Positions 12,874 to 24,700 of a stretch of DNA of 43,772 nt are shown here, in pieces; the first letter of the stretch is position 1, and every line of letters starts with the position of its first letter. This DNA comes from Catajapyx aquilonaris (lineage: Eukaryota). Under the pieces are notes generated by a model. It was not told where the DNA came from and made no database searches. It worked only from the letters and a program-made list of their open reading frames with translations. The stretch covers positions 1-43,772 of the forward strand of contig KZ538861.1 in NCBI GenBank assembly GCA_000934665.2, read 5' to 3'. A program made the position numbers and the translations under genes.

Positions 12874-13152
12874 CGGTTCCAAAAAAGAGCTAGTTGGGTA
12901 TCTAAATAATTGTGCTATTAGAAACAATAATTTACAAGTTTAGAGCATACGGCAATCTTAACCTGTTGAGGGCGACGACCATCATATGACGGCCAAGCAT
13001 GACGTGCCCCAGGGCCTACGACCATCATATGATGGTTTGCTACTTGCGCGCTCATTTCTTCGCATAAAAAAGGCGCCAATGATTTTTAAGCTGCTCTTGC
13101 CATGCCATCTCGTGGTTGGTAGTTCAACTATCACGCACTGCTTGATTGGCTT

Positions 13153-13629
13153 CATGGTCTTAGAATACTGACGTCTGGACACTCCCTCTTATTGCCTGCA
13201 TGAGGTGCTCACTTGAGAACGCCATGAGACAGCTTTTCATTGCGCTATTATGTGGCGACCCTACCGGACTACACTGACCTAAGGTAGAAGAGAAGCCGCT
13301 ACATGCGGGCCCAACATGGCCGCCGGCGACCATGCTGGGTCCCCCAATGTAGCGCTTCCCTTTTGTACCTATAAAGTTCAGCGTAGTCCGGTAGGGTCGC
13401 CACATAATAGCGCCGTGAAAGGTCTCATGGCGCTCTCAGGTGAGCACCTCATGCAAAACGCCCCGGCAGGCGATAAGATAGTAGGGGAAATGTCCGGGGG
13501 CTGATTGGCTTGAATCAGCGAGGTATGATGGATGCTGCTGCCCCCTGTTGCCTGAGAGACAAATCTCTGGCGTCAGGCGGTAAGAGGGAGTGACCAGACC
13601 CGATCAGACCTTAGTATTCTAAGGCCATG
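13153..13629. mobile_element. Fold-back non-autonomous DNA transposon (MITE-like), unclassified
   Basis: Outer inverted repeats are CATGGTCTTAGAATACT...CACTCCCTCTTA (13153-13198) and TAAGAGGGAGTG...AGTATTCTAAGGCCATG (13574-13629). An inner near-loopless palindrome spans 13197-13455, centred on CGCC|GGCG (13324/5). The TSD is ambiguous (AT or CATG). Confidence 0.8.
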
Positions 13630-13697
13630 GTTGAGAGGATCTTGGAAGCTATCCGGCCAATCAGAGACGGGTCCCTATCGGCGCGGATCCGCTCCCC

Positions 13698-14042
13698 TCG
13701 TCGGGAGTAGTAGAAATAACAGCTACTTTGCAATAACTGTTATTTAAATAACAGTTACTGAAAATAATTGCAACTCAACAGCAGATATAGATATTGTTAT
13801 ATTCGAGCACGGAAAATATCGAAAAAAAGTGAGAAGTAATGGGAGAGACTACATGTGGCAGGAGTAGGGGCACGCTGTAGTGCACCAACATCACGACCAA
13901 CATTGAACATAGTAGAATAACATCATAGCGGAATCGCATTAGCTGCTACTGAGTCGCAAATAGCATAATAACTAACTGCTACTGAGTTGCGGCTATTTCA
14001 ACTGTTATTGCAAAATAGCTGTTATTTACACTGCTCCGACGA
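13698..14042. repeat. Inverted-repeat element built from AATAACAGTT motifs (probable MITE)
   Basis: TCGTCGGGAGTAGTAGAAATAACAGCTACTTTGCAATAAC (from 13698) pairs with GTTATTGCAAAATAGCTGTTATTTACACTGCTCCGACGA (to 14042). Pairing extends inward to GCAACTCAACAGCAG / CTGCTACTGAGTTGC. No clear TSD. Confidence 0.65.
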
Positions 14043-14084
14043 CGGACCTTTGTCCTGCATTGCGCGTGCCCTTGTTCGCATGCA

Positions 14085-14248
14085 TTTCAAATAACTGTTA
14101 TTTCAAGTAAGTTATTTCAAGTGACCGTAACTGTTATTTCAAGTAAGTTATTTCAAGTAACCGTAACTGTTATTTCAAGTAAGTTATTTCAAGTAACCGT
14201 AACTGTTATTTCAAGCAACAGTTATTTCATGCAACAGTTATTTCAGGT
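14085..14248. repeat. 36-bp minisatellite (TAACTGTTATTTCAAGTAAGTTATTTCAAGTRACCG) x3 plus 16-bp subunit copies
   Basis: Units start at 14092, 14128 and 14164, followed by three (T/C)AAC(T/A)GTTATTTCA-type 16-mers at 14200-14247. Confidence 0.92.
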
Positions 14249-15213
14249 AGCCTATCTCCTAATCGCATTTCCGAAATAAAGGGGGGAGGGGGGAAACTCA
14301 GGCCGTGGGTATTGCACTTGAAAAAAAAAAAACAGTACTCAACAGGTTAAATAACAAAATAATTAATTATTATTGATGTTGTGCCTAACCTGCAAAGTCT
14401 GAAAACATGAGAAACAATCATGGCGCTATATTGTTGCTTCCACTGGGTATAATATGCTTTTAAACTACTAGTTGCTGGAGTAATCAATCTATAACTTCTT
14501 CCCCTATGCCTTTGTTGAACTGATGACTTCGAAAGTGCACCTCCTTGCCTCATGGCTGAACCATAAAAGTTTCAAGCATCAAACGTAGGGTAGTTCCAAG
14601 ATTTTTGCTGGAAGCTAACCTAAAGAGTAAGAAATGGTGCCATGTTGCTGAGTTTTAAAGAGAGCTTTTTGCAATGGTCTCTGTAGAGGATCCATCAGTG
14701 ATCCCAGAGAGAATGTGGTCCCAACAGAGCAAGACCTAAGCTCCAGCCATTATATGGTATACAGAGACCTAATGGGAAAATGGGATCATTACGGCTGGAC
14801 GCAAGTTACACCAGTAATACTCAAACTTAGACTTACATTAAATTGAATTCAGTGATTAAATTTCAGCAGTGTAATACCCTACTCCACAGCTTCTCGCTGC
14901 TTCAGCCTTCATTTTTGAACGTAGCTAACATTAAGCTTACACTGATTCACGATATGAAATAATTGTATTACTGCATTGACCAACACTAGACGAAGAATAA
15001 AATGTCCCTAGATTTTACCTGAGTGAATGACCTTTTATTTTGACACACATTAGCATTATTTGATGGGACACAGTAATCCCTTCCGAACTGCCAAATACTT
15101 TGTAATGTTAATCGAATACCTACAGTACCGCAAAATGTTTGGCAACACACACCGCATAAACAAAGTGAAATGGCAATAGCCTCACCGCATGTTTGACGTG
15201 TAATAACAACATC

Positions 15214-15223
15214 ATAATAATAA

Positions 15224-15285
<62 letters not shown>

Positions 15286-15299
15286 GTAGTAGTAGTAGT
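15214..15299. repeat. Compound trinucleotide microsatellite (TAA)n(TAG)n(CAG)n(TAG)n
   Basis: Seen directly. It accounts for the poly-T/poly-A residues in ORF 15120..15359. Confidence 0.97.
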
Positions 15300-16059
15300 C
15301 ACATAGTAAGATTCACGTAAGTCTGAACCTTTTTGGCCCGAGGGGTTGAGCCGCCGCAAAATTAGTCCCCGGTATCGCTGGCTTTCTCGAAGAAACAGTG
15401 CTGGTACATGTAATTCGACTGCCTACTTTTCATGGGCAGCCCATGCGGTAGCTGCAGCGCTACACAAACAAACTGCACATTTTGTTGTGAGGAGCGGTAG
15501 GCTTCGGCATGGGGGGAGGGGGCACTACTTTCGGGCGTATGGATATCCAAAAAGGTTCGGACTTATGTGAATCGGAGAGTACTAAAAGAAAGTATTGTTT
15601 CCTTAGATACGGACCACATCCACCAAGGAGCTTTATTATAACACTGTTGTCAACAAAGTAGGGAACGCTGATTGGTGAATTAGACTGTTTTGAACGGAAC
15701 GGCAGTCGCCAGCGTATGCCATGTAAACCCTCCTTTGCAAGCAGCCTCTAGCGAGTTAGCACGAGTAGGAATTGATCCACCCTGTCTCATAACCTCTTAC
15801 TATGGGTCCGCCATGACAGTTTCGGATCCCTTTTCATCGTGATTGAAACTCGGCCAACGCAACGTGTTGACTTCACGCCTGCTACTGCCGATCGCAAAAT
15901 GTCAGCCCCGAGACTATTCAGGAATTCAATTTTTGCAAGGCCATAGAGCGCATTTTAAGCTGCTTAAAGAGTAGCCGATGTCATTCAAGTAAAAGAGAGG
16001 CATTTGAAGGGGAGGGAGAGGGGGAGGGAGAGGGAGAGGGAGACTAGTGTCGGGACTAT

Positions 16060-16170
16060 GGCGACTCCTGTTGACTTTGAAATTCCGGTGGTTGCCTAGC
16101 AACACCTTGGAACCGGACTGGGATTGTTGACTTTAAAAGGATTATCTTGTTTTCGTAGGGGCGGGCCGAA
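16060..16170. promoter_or_regulatory. Candidate cis-regulatory module: RFX X-box flanked by two TGTTGAC(TTT) sites, plus a GC box
   Basis: GTTGCCTAGCAAC (16091-16103) fits the RFX consensus GTNRCC-N0-3-RGYAAC. TGTTGACTTT occurs at 16069 and 16125, and GGGGCGGGCC at about 16157. This is a motif match only. Confidence 0.3.
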
Positions 16171-16272
16171 AATGCTGCGGCGGAGTTTTGCCTTCTCTCT
16201 CTATGGAAATGGCAAGCTTAGCGAACCCCAGAGCGCCAGAGGTGTTATGATGGAGTGCGATGGTGCAGATTG

Positions 16273-16545
16273 TCAAGGGACACTGTAGACTGAATCTACT
16301 AGACGCGATTCCATGTCTATAAATGTTCGATATGTAACAAACGTCATAAAGGAGGGCCTGAAGCAAGTTGGGTCCAGATCCTGTTTTGGTTCCATGAAAT
16401 GGGATATTATAATACAGACTATGCGTTTTAGCCTCGCTTGACTTGCAGTTGTCAAATATTTTATTTCCACTCTATTCATAGTCGACTTCAGGTAAATGAT
16501 TGTCATACGCTGCTTCAATATCTGGCCTACATGAGCACAATTCCC
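16273..16545 (-). mobile_element. Decayed LINE reverse-transcriptase N-terminal fragment
   Basis: ORF 16273..16518 contains PKQDLDPTCFRPSFMTFVTYRTF (compare IPKxxDxxNFRPIALTSVxYKxF). Just upstream in another frame is SCRPDI (compare SAPGPDGI). Confidence 0.45.
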
Positions 16546-16879
16546 TCTCTTTTTCTTAAATTATGCCCTCTCCACTATGTACAATAGTTTAAAGTAAGCG
16601 TAACACGAGTTTTGGCCTACTCTCCAAAGTGAATCATAAATCTACGGTTCAAGCCATTACTTCAGGGTGAAACTTCTAGAGAGTATATGCCTACAGTGGC
16701 AGGGTGCCTGCAAATAAAATTACACACCTGGCCACTTAACGTTTCTCTCCAACGTATAGACTTTACTCTGTGGCATAATTTTACAGCGTGGTCCGGATCT
16801 GAGCACTGAAATAGCAAGAGTAATGTAGCACTTTGAACAAGTCCTTGTCTCTCCAAGGGTGAACTCCAAACTATGCAAT

Positions 16880-17130
16880 CATGAAATCATACCCAATTTG
16901 AATCAACTGCTGTACCAAAGGGAAGAGACGCCCTTGTGATTATCGACTCAGGCAGGGTGGACGCAAGGAAACAATCGAAGAAGAAATACAAGGACCCGGG
17001 GATGATTTGTACAATTGACGCGAAGAAGAAAGTAATCATTTAGAGCCAGTGAGAGTGATTTATATGAAAGCAGTTTCCACGCAATATACTGTATACTATT
17101 ATGCAACTTCATTAGAAGTAACATTGCCAC
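16880..17130 (-). mobile_element. Possible decayed LINE (CR1/L2-like) ORF2 C-terminal fragment
   Basis: LLLMKLHNSIQYIAWKLLSYKSLSLALNDYF followed by KGVSSLWYS loosely matches the 'LxILKLxxI...FMYK...LP..F..YF...GxxSIxYxG' tail. Confidence 0.25.
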
Positions 17131-17533
17131 GAGTTTTTACAATGTCTGATTATCTATATACGGCGTAGTATAATCCAACACATACGAGTATAGCCACAGA
17201 GGCATGCGTCATGTTCTGTGATGTAACATGTTAAACTTCTGTGGATGCATCACTAAATCATTCCTGGCACTCCCAAACTGCACTTAATGCATTTGAACTG
17301 CATCTTGAATGTGACAAGGGGAATTCCTTCCAGAATCAATTCGCACTCTCCGGGAGGAGACAGAAGGGTTTTCACAAGAAAACGGGTATTTTGGAGACTG
17401 AATACTTCATATTACGTAGATCAAAATAACAGGATAGACGAATATCAAGGTAGCAGTTGGGCCTTCTGCTACTTTTGACTTATCAGAAAGTTAATGAATA
17501 TTTAAGCAGCCATACTACAGTAGTAACTACTAA

Positions 17534-18416
17534 CAAGGGAATGACCAAGGGTCGTCCCCTCCGATTTGGCTGAAACTCTCTTGAGGGGTAAATAATATGT
17601 CATAAACACAGTAGTGAGAATCCTAAATGGCAATGTTCAGTCGTTTCCGAGGTATGATCGACAGAAACATCCGAATTTTGGCGGCGCGTATGTACGTATA
17701 TGTGTCGGGCGGGAAAGAGACCAGTGCAAAGCAAAAGGTGGTCCCCTGTTTTTTTTTCGATCCCCTACACCATCCCCCACTACATTTTTCGTTTTCCATT
17801 CTTTCGAATCTCACCTTTCCCGAGTCTCCCAATTATTCATCAGAATAAGTGCAAGACAGTATCCAACTTTACTGATTTATTTGGCTTTGCAAAGATGAAA
17901 TCATGTATTACCCATAGCTAATAAGGAAGGTCTTTTGTAGCTTGAAATTTATCTGCATATAGTTAAAAATTAGTCCGTTTTTGCAGGATAGATTATGATA
18001 TCATACATATTGATAAGTTTGGAGAAGCTCATATTACGCAATTTTTGGTACACATGACTTTTATTCGCAGTTGACAGAAGCGCGAGAAAGCAGTTTTTAG
18101 ATGGTCGCATAATAAATACCGGAGCAATGAAAGAATGTAAAACTAATAATGTGGGGGGGGGGATGGTGTAGACCGTAGGGGATCGGAAAAAACAGGGGAC
18201 GGGGGGACACTACCATCTTTTGCCTTGCACTTGTCCCTTTCCAGCCCGACCCGTATACATAAGCGCGGCCACAATTTGGATGTTTCTGTCGATCATACCT
18301 CGGAAACGACTCGCCATTGCCGTTTAGGACTTTCACTACTGTGTTTATGACATGTTATTTACCCCTCAAGTGAGTTTCAGCCAAATCGGAGGGGACGACC
18401 CTTGGTCATTCCCTTG
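17534..18416. mobile_element. Non-autonomous DNA transposon, 883 bp, TIRs about 270-290 bp, TAA TSD, CAAG termini (superfamily unassigned)
   Basis: Termini are TAA|CAAGGGAATGACCAAGGGTCGTCCCCTCCGATTTGGCTGAAACTC... and ...GAGTTTCAGCCAAATCGGAGGGGACGACCCTTGGTCATTCCCTTG|TAA; the first 43 bp pair perfectly. Arms are about 17534-17805 and 18129-18416. This explains the similar ORFs 17614..17898(+) and 18097..18336(-). Confidence 0.9.
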
Positions 18417-21127
18417 TAACTATCAGTGTTGCTATTTTCGTCACACCACCACATTTTGGATGCATGTCTTGAAAATAATTTGTTGAATGATAGCCAACGA
18501 ACTCAAGCCATCAATGAGAAACAGTATTTCCAATCAAGTCAAAAATGTGCAAGAATGTGCCAAAAGTACTTTTGTTAAATCGTCCAGCTCATATGCCTAC
18601 CCAGTACGTTCACATAACTATTTCTATAAACATTTACACCACTGCAACAATATTGCATCCTGGATAACAAGGATTACCACTCTAGTGCCCCAACGCTAAC
18701 GACTAGCGGTCCCTGACTCCAACATGGCCCCGGTGTCATCAAGCCCTCTATAGGAAGCTTTTTCCAGCTCGTTGCTGTGCACACCGGATAACAAAAATGA
18801 CCGTCGCGAGATGACACAGGTCGAGACAGACACTGAGTCATGAGTCGAGTGTGCCCCAGCCCGTGCTAGGGGCTCGTGGAAGATGGACAGGGCCATTTGG
18901 CAGTAGACGCCACCCGGGTAATGAGGCCGCACGTTGTGGCGGGAAAAAGAGGAGGGAAGATGGCGCCCTTGTTTCCCGCCCTCATTCTATCTGCTTCATG
19001 GTGGCTAAGCAGCCAACCAGCAAGCCCGCGTCTCCTGCTTCCAATTACTCTCCCCCCCTGTGAAAAATGGCTACGATTTCCTATAAGCCCTGCCCCCATC
19101 GTTATGCAAGCTGTGGTTTGGATCGGAAGCAAATTGAGCGCGTGTCCGATAGAAGGCGATGGCATGGGATGTAGGGGGTAGGGTGTTCACTAGAGAGAAA
19201 AAAATCTGAGGGGTGGAGCTGGAACCAGGGTGTGGGTGCAAGTTCATGACAGATTGAGGATGGCCAATTTATTTTACCACCCATTCTTCCGGCACATCAT
19301 CTAATTCCTGGGAAAAGGAATACCGGAATTAAACGGCTTGAGAGATTGATTTGGTTGAATGTTTACCTCGAGAGTGACGGGAGGCGTTTTAGACAGGAAA
19401 CCTCTCTCCAGACAGTGATTAATAGGTCTTATCCGTTGGCAAATCAGCATGTAACTTACGTGGTGTTGAGCCGCATGTTAGGCACCGATTAAGATGTCAT
19501 TTATTTAAGGGGTGGTAGGGAGGATATTGTTTGTTCTTGCTTGGTTTAGAAGCTGTGGTAGGCATTTTGCAAGTAATAGTCTGTGAGGGAAATGCAATTT
19601 CACATGTTCAATCGCCTACAGTTCTATTAAAACAACAGGACCGGAAAATTGAGAGACATCGATTTTTAATTCAAACTCGCCATTAAAGGGGAAAAAATAA
19701 GAGTTTGATCAGCTCAAGTTTGATCGCAGAGAAAACGTATTTTCTGCACTGCGTCCCAAGTTTGATTACATAGTTAAGACGGCTTCGCAGCCAACATTGG
19801 CTTCTGCCTCATCTTGATGAAACAGTCATGCACAACTGTCGTGAAGTGAAATGCAAATTCTCAAGTTGGAAAATGATTGGAGGCAGTGAGAAAGACCTGA
19901 AGCCAAAGTCCTTCCCTCAAAGTGCAGCCGCACAAGGTACAGTACATCTCTACTTTGTTGCCCTTAAACCATTGTCCAACTAGATGGTTCCCGGTGAAAT
20001 CCTGGGGCATTTTTTTAAAGCAAGTTCTCAAAGTAATAGACTAGGGAAGCCTAGGCAATGAACTGGGAGTTATTAGCCCTCCGGCTTTACAAACTTGCCT
20101 TCCTTTGTGTTTCTCCGCCAACACACTTTGCAAAAGGGCCAAACGAACACAAAGTTCGCAATTTTCTTTTCACCTGACTCGGTACAAGTTTAACCTTATT
20201 ATTTAGAAGCCTTTATTCCAGAGTTACCGCACTAACACCGGCTTACTATATGTTTCAAACTGACCTGGGTCAAGCCTGTAATATGCTCTAACTTTTATTA
20301 TTTGATGTGGATGACAAAATGCTTTCGAGGAAATTGCTTTCTCACACCTTTCAGTCTTGATAAATCTATTTTTAAGTACACTACTGCACATAAAGCAGAC
20401 TATCAAAAAAGTCAGCTTTAAAAATCCTACTTGAGTTACAGCTCAAATTGTTAAAGTACCTATAGTCTGTGTTAAATATACATTTTACCGTAAATCAACA
20501 ATTCTGACCTTTTAACACTCATGCCATTTTTGCATTATGGTTACGTATATCTGAAGCATGCTATTAGAACTGTATGCTCATACATAATTCAACCATAATT
20601 AATCTATAGGATAGTCTTGTTTCATCACGTAAATGGCGCTGCTGGCATTTCCACCACCTAATAGGTCATACATTACTTTGTGTAAGTTATTCTAGCGGAT
20701 TGAAGGGCCTATCTACCGAGTCAACTCAATTGTGACATCGTCATTTTTCAACTAAGCTCCTGATGTCGACGCATTGTTACATCTTTTCGGTTGATTAATT
20801 ACTGCACGTGGTGTAAAATCGGCGCATGTTGTGATTAACTTATCATTATAAACGAATTTGATCATTTGTCGCCCCCCCAAAATCGTTTCCAGACCGGGTG
20901 CGAAATATGCGTCACCATGGTGACGTGACACAGAGAACAAAAGCTTGCTGTGATAGCTAAACGGTTTTGTTGCCAAAACAAAGTGGTCCGCTGCCATTTA
21001 TGAACAAAATAGAGTGAGAGAATGAAATACAACAGAGCGATTCCTGCGTGCTTAGTCACACCAAGTGTAGTCTTAATTGGTGCAAAACATATTTCCTGGA
21101 TAATCCGTTCAAAGCGCCAAATGTGCC

Positions 21128-21760
21128 GGACTCGGGTCGTGACGCGAATGACCCGGTAAAAATCGGGGAAGTGCTACACAATGAACGCTCTATTGTTTGG
21201 ACAAAATGAAGTTGCAATACAGATTCGTGCCTGCCTAATTCACGCCTAGTACAGTTTTAATTGTTGTGCCCTGTATAGTCAATGGATATGTATATTGGAT
21301 GTTACAATGTCATGAAACTACTGCACGAGTTATTATTTAGGTGTACCACTGCATGTAAGCAAGATTAAGTCCAAATGTACTGCACTTTCTATATTACTCT
21401 AATCTGTATGAATACCAACATAAGCAGGAATGAAGAAAGAGATTCGCCATGTACAAGTAGAACAAACATCTCTTTGGTGTCGTATCCACAAAAAGGAGCG
21501 GGCCTTTGGTTCATGGCTGCATTAGCACTTTGTGCTGCACATTTGAAAGCACCACAGGATGGGGGAAAAGGCTCAGAAGAGAGGTTCTACACAGCAAAAT
21601 GACCTCTGTTATACATAGCATGGGAGGGATACATGTACGATTTTCATCCTTTTCAATAGTGTAACAATTAGATGAGTACCATAAAAACCTCTGCACTTTT
21701 TATGCAATGTTCCGTGAGAGAGGTGGACTAGGGTCGTGACGCGAATGACCCAGTACAAAT
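21128..21760. repeat. Dispersed direct repeat (about 33 bp) with hairpin core GGGTCGTGACGCGAATGACCC
   Basis: The identical 21-bp core occurs at 21134-21154 and 21731-21751 with similar flanks (GGACT[C/A] ... [G/A]GTA[A/C]AAAT). Confidence 0.8.
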
Positions 21761-24700
21761 GCGGTGGGGAAAAAACCCGATATGGTGGCATAAGTAGGGT
21801 AATAACATGCAAATTTATTTCTCCAGCTTTTTCGAAGAGCCTAAAGAGATCATGCGCATCCGGTAGCGTGCCTTTGTTCACAACAACTGCCGGCATGGAC
21901 AAACAACCCTTTAATAAATGCATTCGCGTGTGCTTTTGACGTGGCTTTACAAAAAATAAAAATATCCGGAAAATAATACCAACCACCTCATAACTCCTAA
22001 TTACATTGTTCCGACGTACATGTTGTACAACTATATACCTTACCCCCTTCATATCAGGTCACTGGCTTTCACCCCCCCCCCCCACCTATACTCTTCCACC
22101 CCTCTTCCCCCGTCTCATCCTAGTTCGCGCTTCCGGAATCCTGACTATTTCGCATCAGAGAAAAGCCTGCAGGGGGTCGTAGCAGTGCAAATTACGTGAA
22201 ATTCCACCTTCCCCTGATCTCCTTCTCTTACCCATCCTTTGAGTTACACGAGACGAATTGGGCGAATTTGCTTTGCATTCCTTTGGCACTCCCCCTACCC
22301 TCCCGCCTCTTGCCTCCTATTCCCCTCTAAAAACCTATACATATCCAGCATCTGAAGAGTTATTTTATTCATGTCTTGCGGGGTAGGAAGTATTCTCCTG
22401 TGGCTTCGCTCTCTGAAACCTAGTTTCTCATTTTTGATTCATGCAAATTGAAGCTCCCTTCTGTTTGCAAATTTGCCGAAGCAAAAATGCTCAGATTTGA
22501 CAATATGCATAAAAGTCGTGACGAGTAATTTTTCTACGGGTATAAAAATTAATAGCCGTTTGACCCGGCACCACCAAGTGACCTCTCACATCAACTGCGG
22601 TTGACTACCATCCAATCATGTCATTCACCCAACCGTCGAAGGTAAATAGCCTAACTGACAGGAGACATCAACTCGCGCCAGGACACTGATTGGATGATCA
22701 GAGCGGAGTACCACTTCACAACGGCCCCTTTTTCATGCTAATCAGGCATCATTTCCAGGCCTAGGCACCTACGCCTAAGTCACTGAACTGTGAATACGAC
22801 TCTGAATATCTTGGCGAGATCGGTTCCAACCTGGGCTGAGTGAGATTCAAACTTCGATGCACTTTACCTCTTCAAGAAATTCAGTGTAACATCTGGAACA
22901 CCCAGTAGGGTGGCACAATATTTAATAGTGCAAGGATTGGTTTAATAAAAGGTGGCATCACACCAGCAATTCACCAATATTCATATGTGAGCATTTAAAA
23001 ATTAGCAAAAATTAGCACACTTGGTAAAAACTAAATTTAGTTAAATCCATTTTTCTATTTCATATTGCTCAATACTAGTCCAGCAGGGTGTAGAAAAATG
23101 TTTAATATTACGCTGGGTCGCTATTAATGTGAGGGAGCTTAGTAGTAGAACAACCCTTTTTCTTCCAACTAAAAATGATCCCGTCCAAAAGTGCCAAACT
23201 CAAGAATGAAGTCGGTCCGGCTCTTCTAAATTTATGATCTTCAAATCGCATCCTCCAAGTCAATTCAACTGGATTATGCCCCCATTTCCCCCAAACTGAC
23301 AGCCACAGTACTTTTGGACCTGAGAATTTGCCACTCCTTCCCAGATGTGCTGCAGGGTCATCTCAGATAAAATAAAACTTTCAGAAAGAACCAAATCTAA
23401 CTTCTTCAATTTCGGAAGGGGATTGAAAGAGTAATGACAGGGGCTTGGAAGTAAGAAAAAGCTGATTATCTCGATTATCCAGCTAATCTCAACCTGACAG
23501 ATTTTCCAACCATCGACAATTTTTTTTTGTTCCTCATAAACTCATTCACATTACCAAACTTTACACTCAGGTGTAATTGAAAGTATGCTTCACTGTCTAA
23601 AAATCGTAAAGAAAAAGCAAACGTCTTGTGAATAAAACGAGTTTTGTAAGATATATACCCAAGAGTTTGGAGAAAGAAACGCAATATTTTCCGAATTCTC
23701 TCTTCATTTACTAACATAACATCCCCCTAGAGTGCAGCTAAAATTGCAGATAAGGAATTACGTGTTGCACATTTTAAAACAAAAGCGCTCCAAAATGCGA
23801 TATTTTGTGGAGGTTGGATGCTGCAGTACCTTTTGAGCGGAATAATCAACAAACGAATGGATGGAAATTTAATAACCACTTGCTGTGCACCACCACGTTT
23901 TATTGCCGCCTTTTTTGGTTTATGGACTTAAGTTCGCTGGAATATGCACTGCAAGCATGTAGAGTAGATGCGCTTTCGCATAAATTAATCCAGCTTAATC
24001 TAACATGGTGTGCATAATAAGATTTTCTTGCCCTGATCGCCCGCCCCTGCTGAACGGGGTGTCAATAATATAGACTATGTTTTTACGCTCTGGGCTATTG
24101 AGTGTCGTTAACCGCTCCTATCATGAAGGTATTTGACAAAAAAAATATGTCCAAAATAGTGCTTAGTGCCAACAAATAGCCGTATTAGTATGGCAAGAAT
24201 TTTGGACCACCCTGTATATGCTAAATATAAACTTATGTGATCAACTTACTGGAACATAATTTCATCCTAAGTGACTAAAAATCACAGTATATTATTTTGC
24301 CATCCTTCATCGAGAACAGTGAAAATAGAGCCAGCTATTGACATTAGCATAATTTTATTCGCAAACTTATTCCCCAATCATTGCTCATCATAAGTGGCAG
24401 AAATTTTTTTCCTTCGGTTCAAACAATCTTTCGAGTCACCTCAATTGTCATTTCCGATCACGCAAATCCAGACTGCCTGAAAAATGGCTAGACCTTAAAT
24501 CATTCAGCCCCATTCGATTCCCAAGCAGCCTCGCCTCTGAACATCAGAAGTTAGGGAATAACCTTGCAAACGTTTTCCGACTGGAAATGAACGAAAACGT
24601 TGGTTTGTCGACCATCTGAAAGCTCGTCACCTTTTGCCAATACATATAGAAGAGAGAAAATGGCTAAAACAACTTACCCTCTTGATTGAATTCCAACAGC

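Noticed and set aside
18696..19284. Cluster of overlapping 60-100 aa ORFs
   Set aside because: Locally GC-rich sequence gives open frames on both strands, with no recognisable domain or consistent splice structure.
24198..24216. Tc1/mariner-like end (TA-CAGGGTGGTCCAAAA on the minus strand), possibly pairing with TACAGGGTGACCC at 11532
   Set aside because: The match is short and imperfect, and the 11532 site is better explained as the QGD codons of the LINE endonuclease remnant. At most a solitary end.
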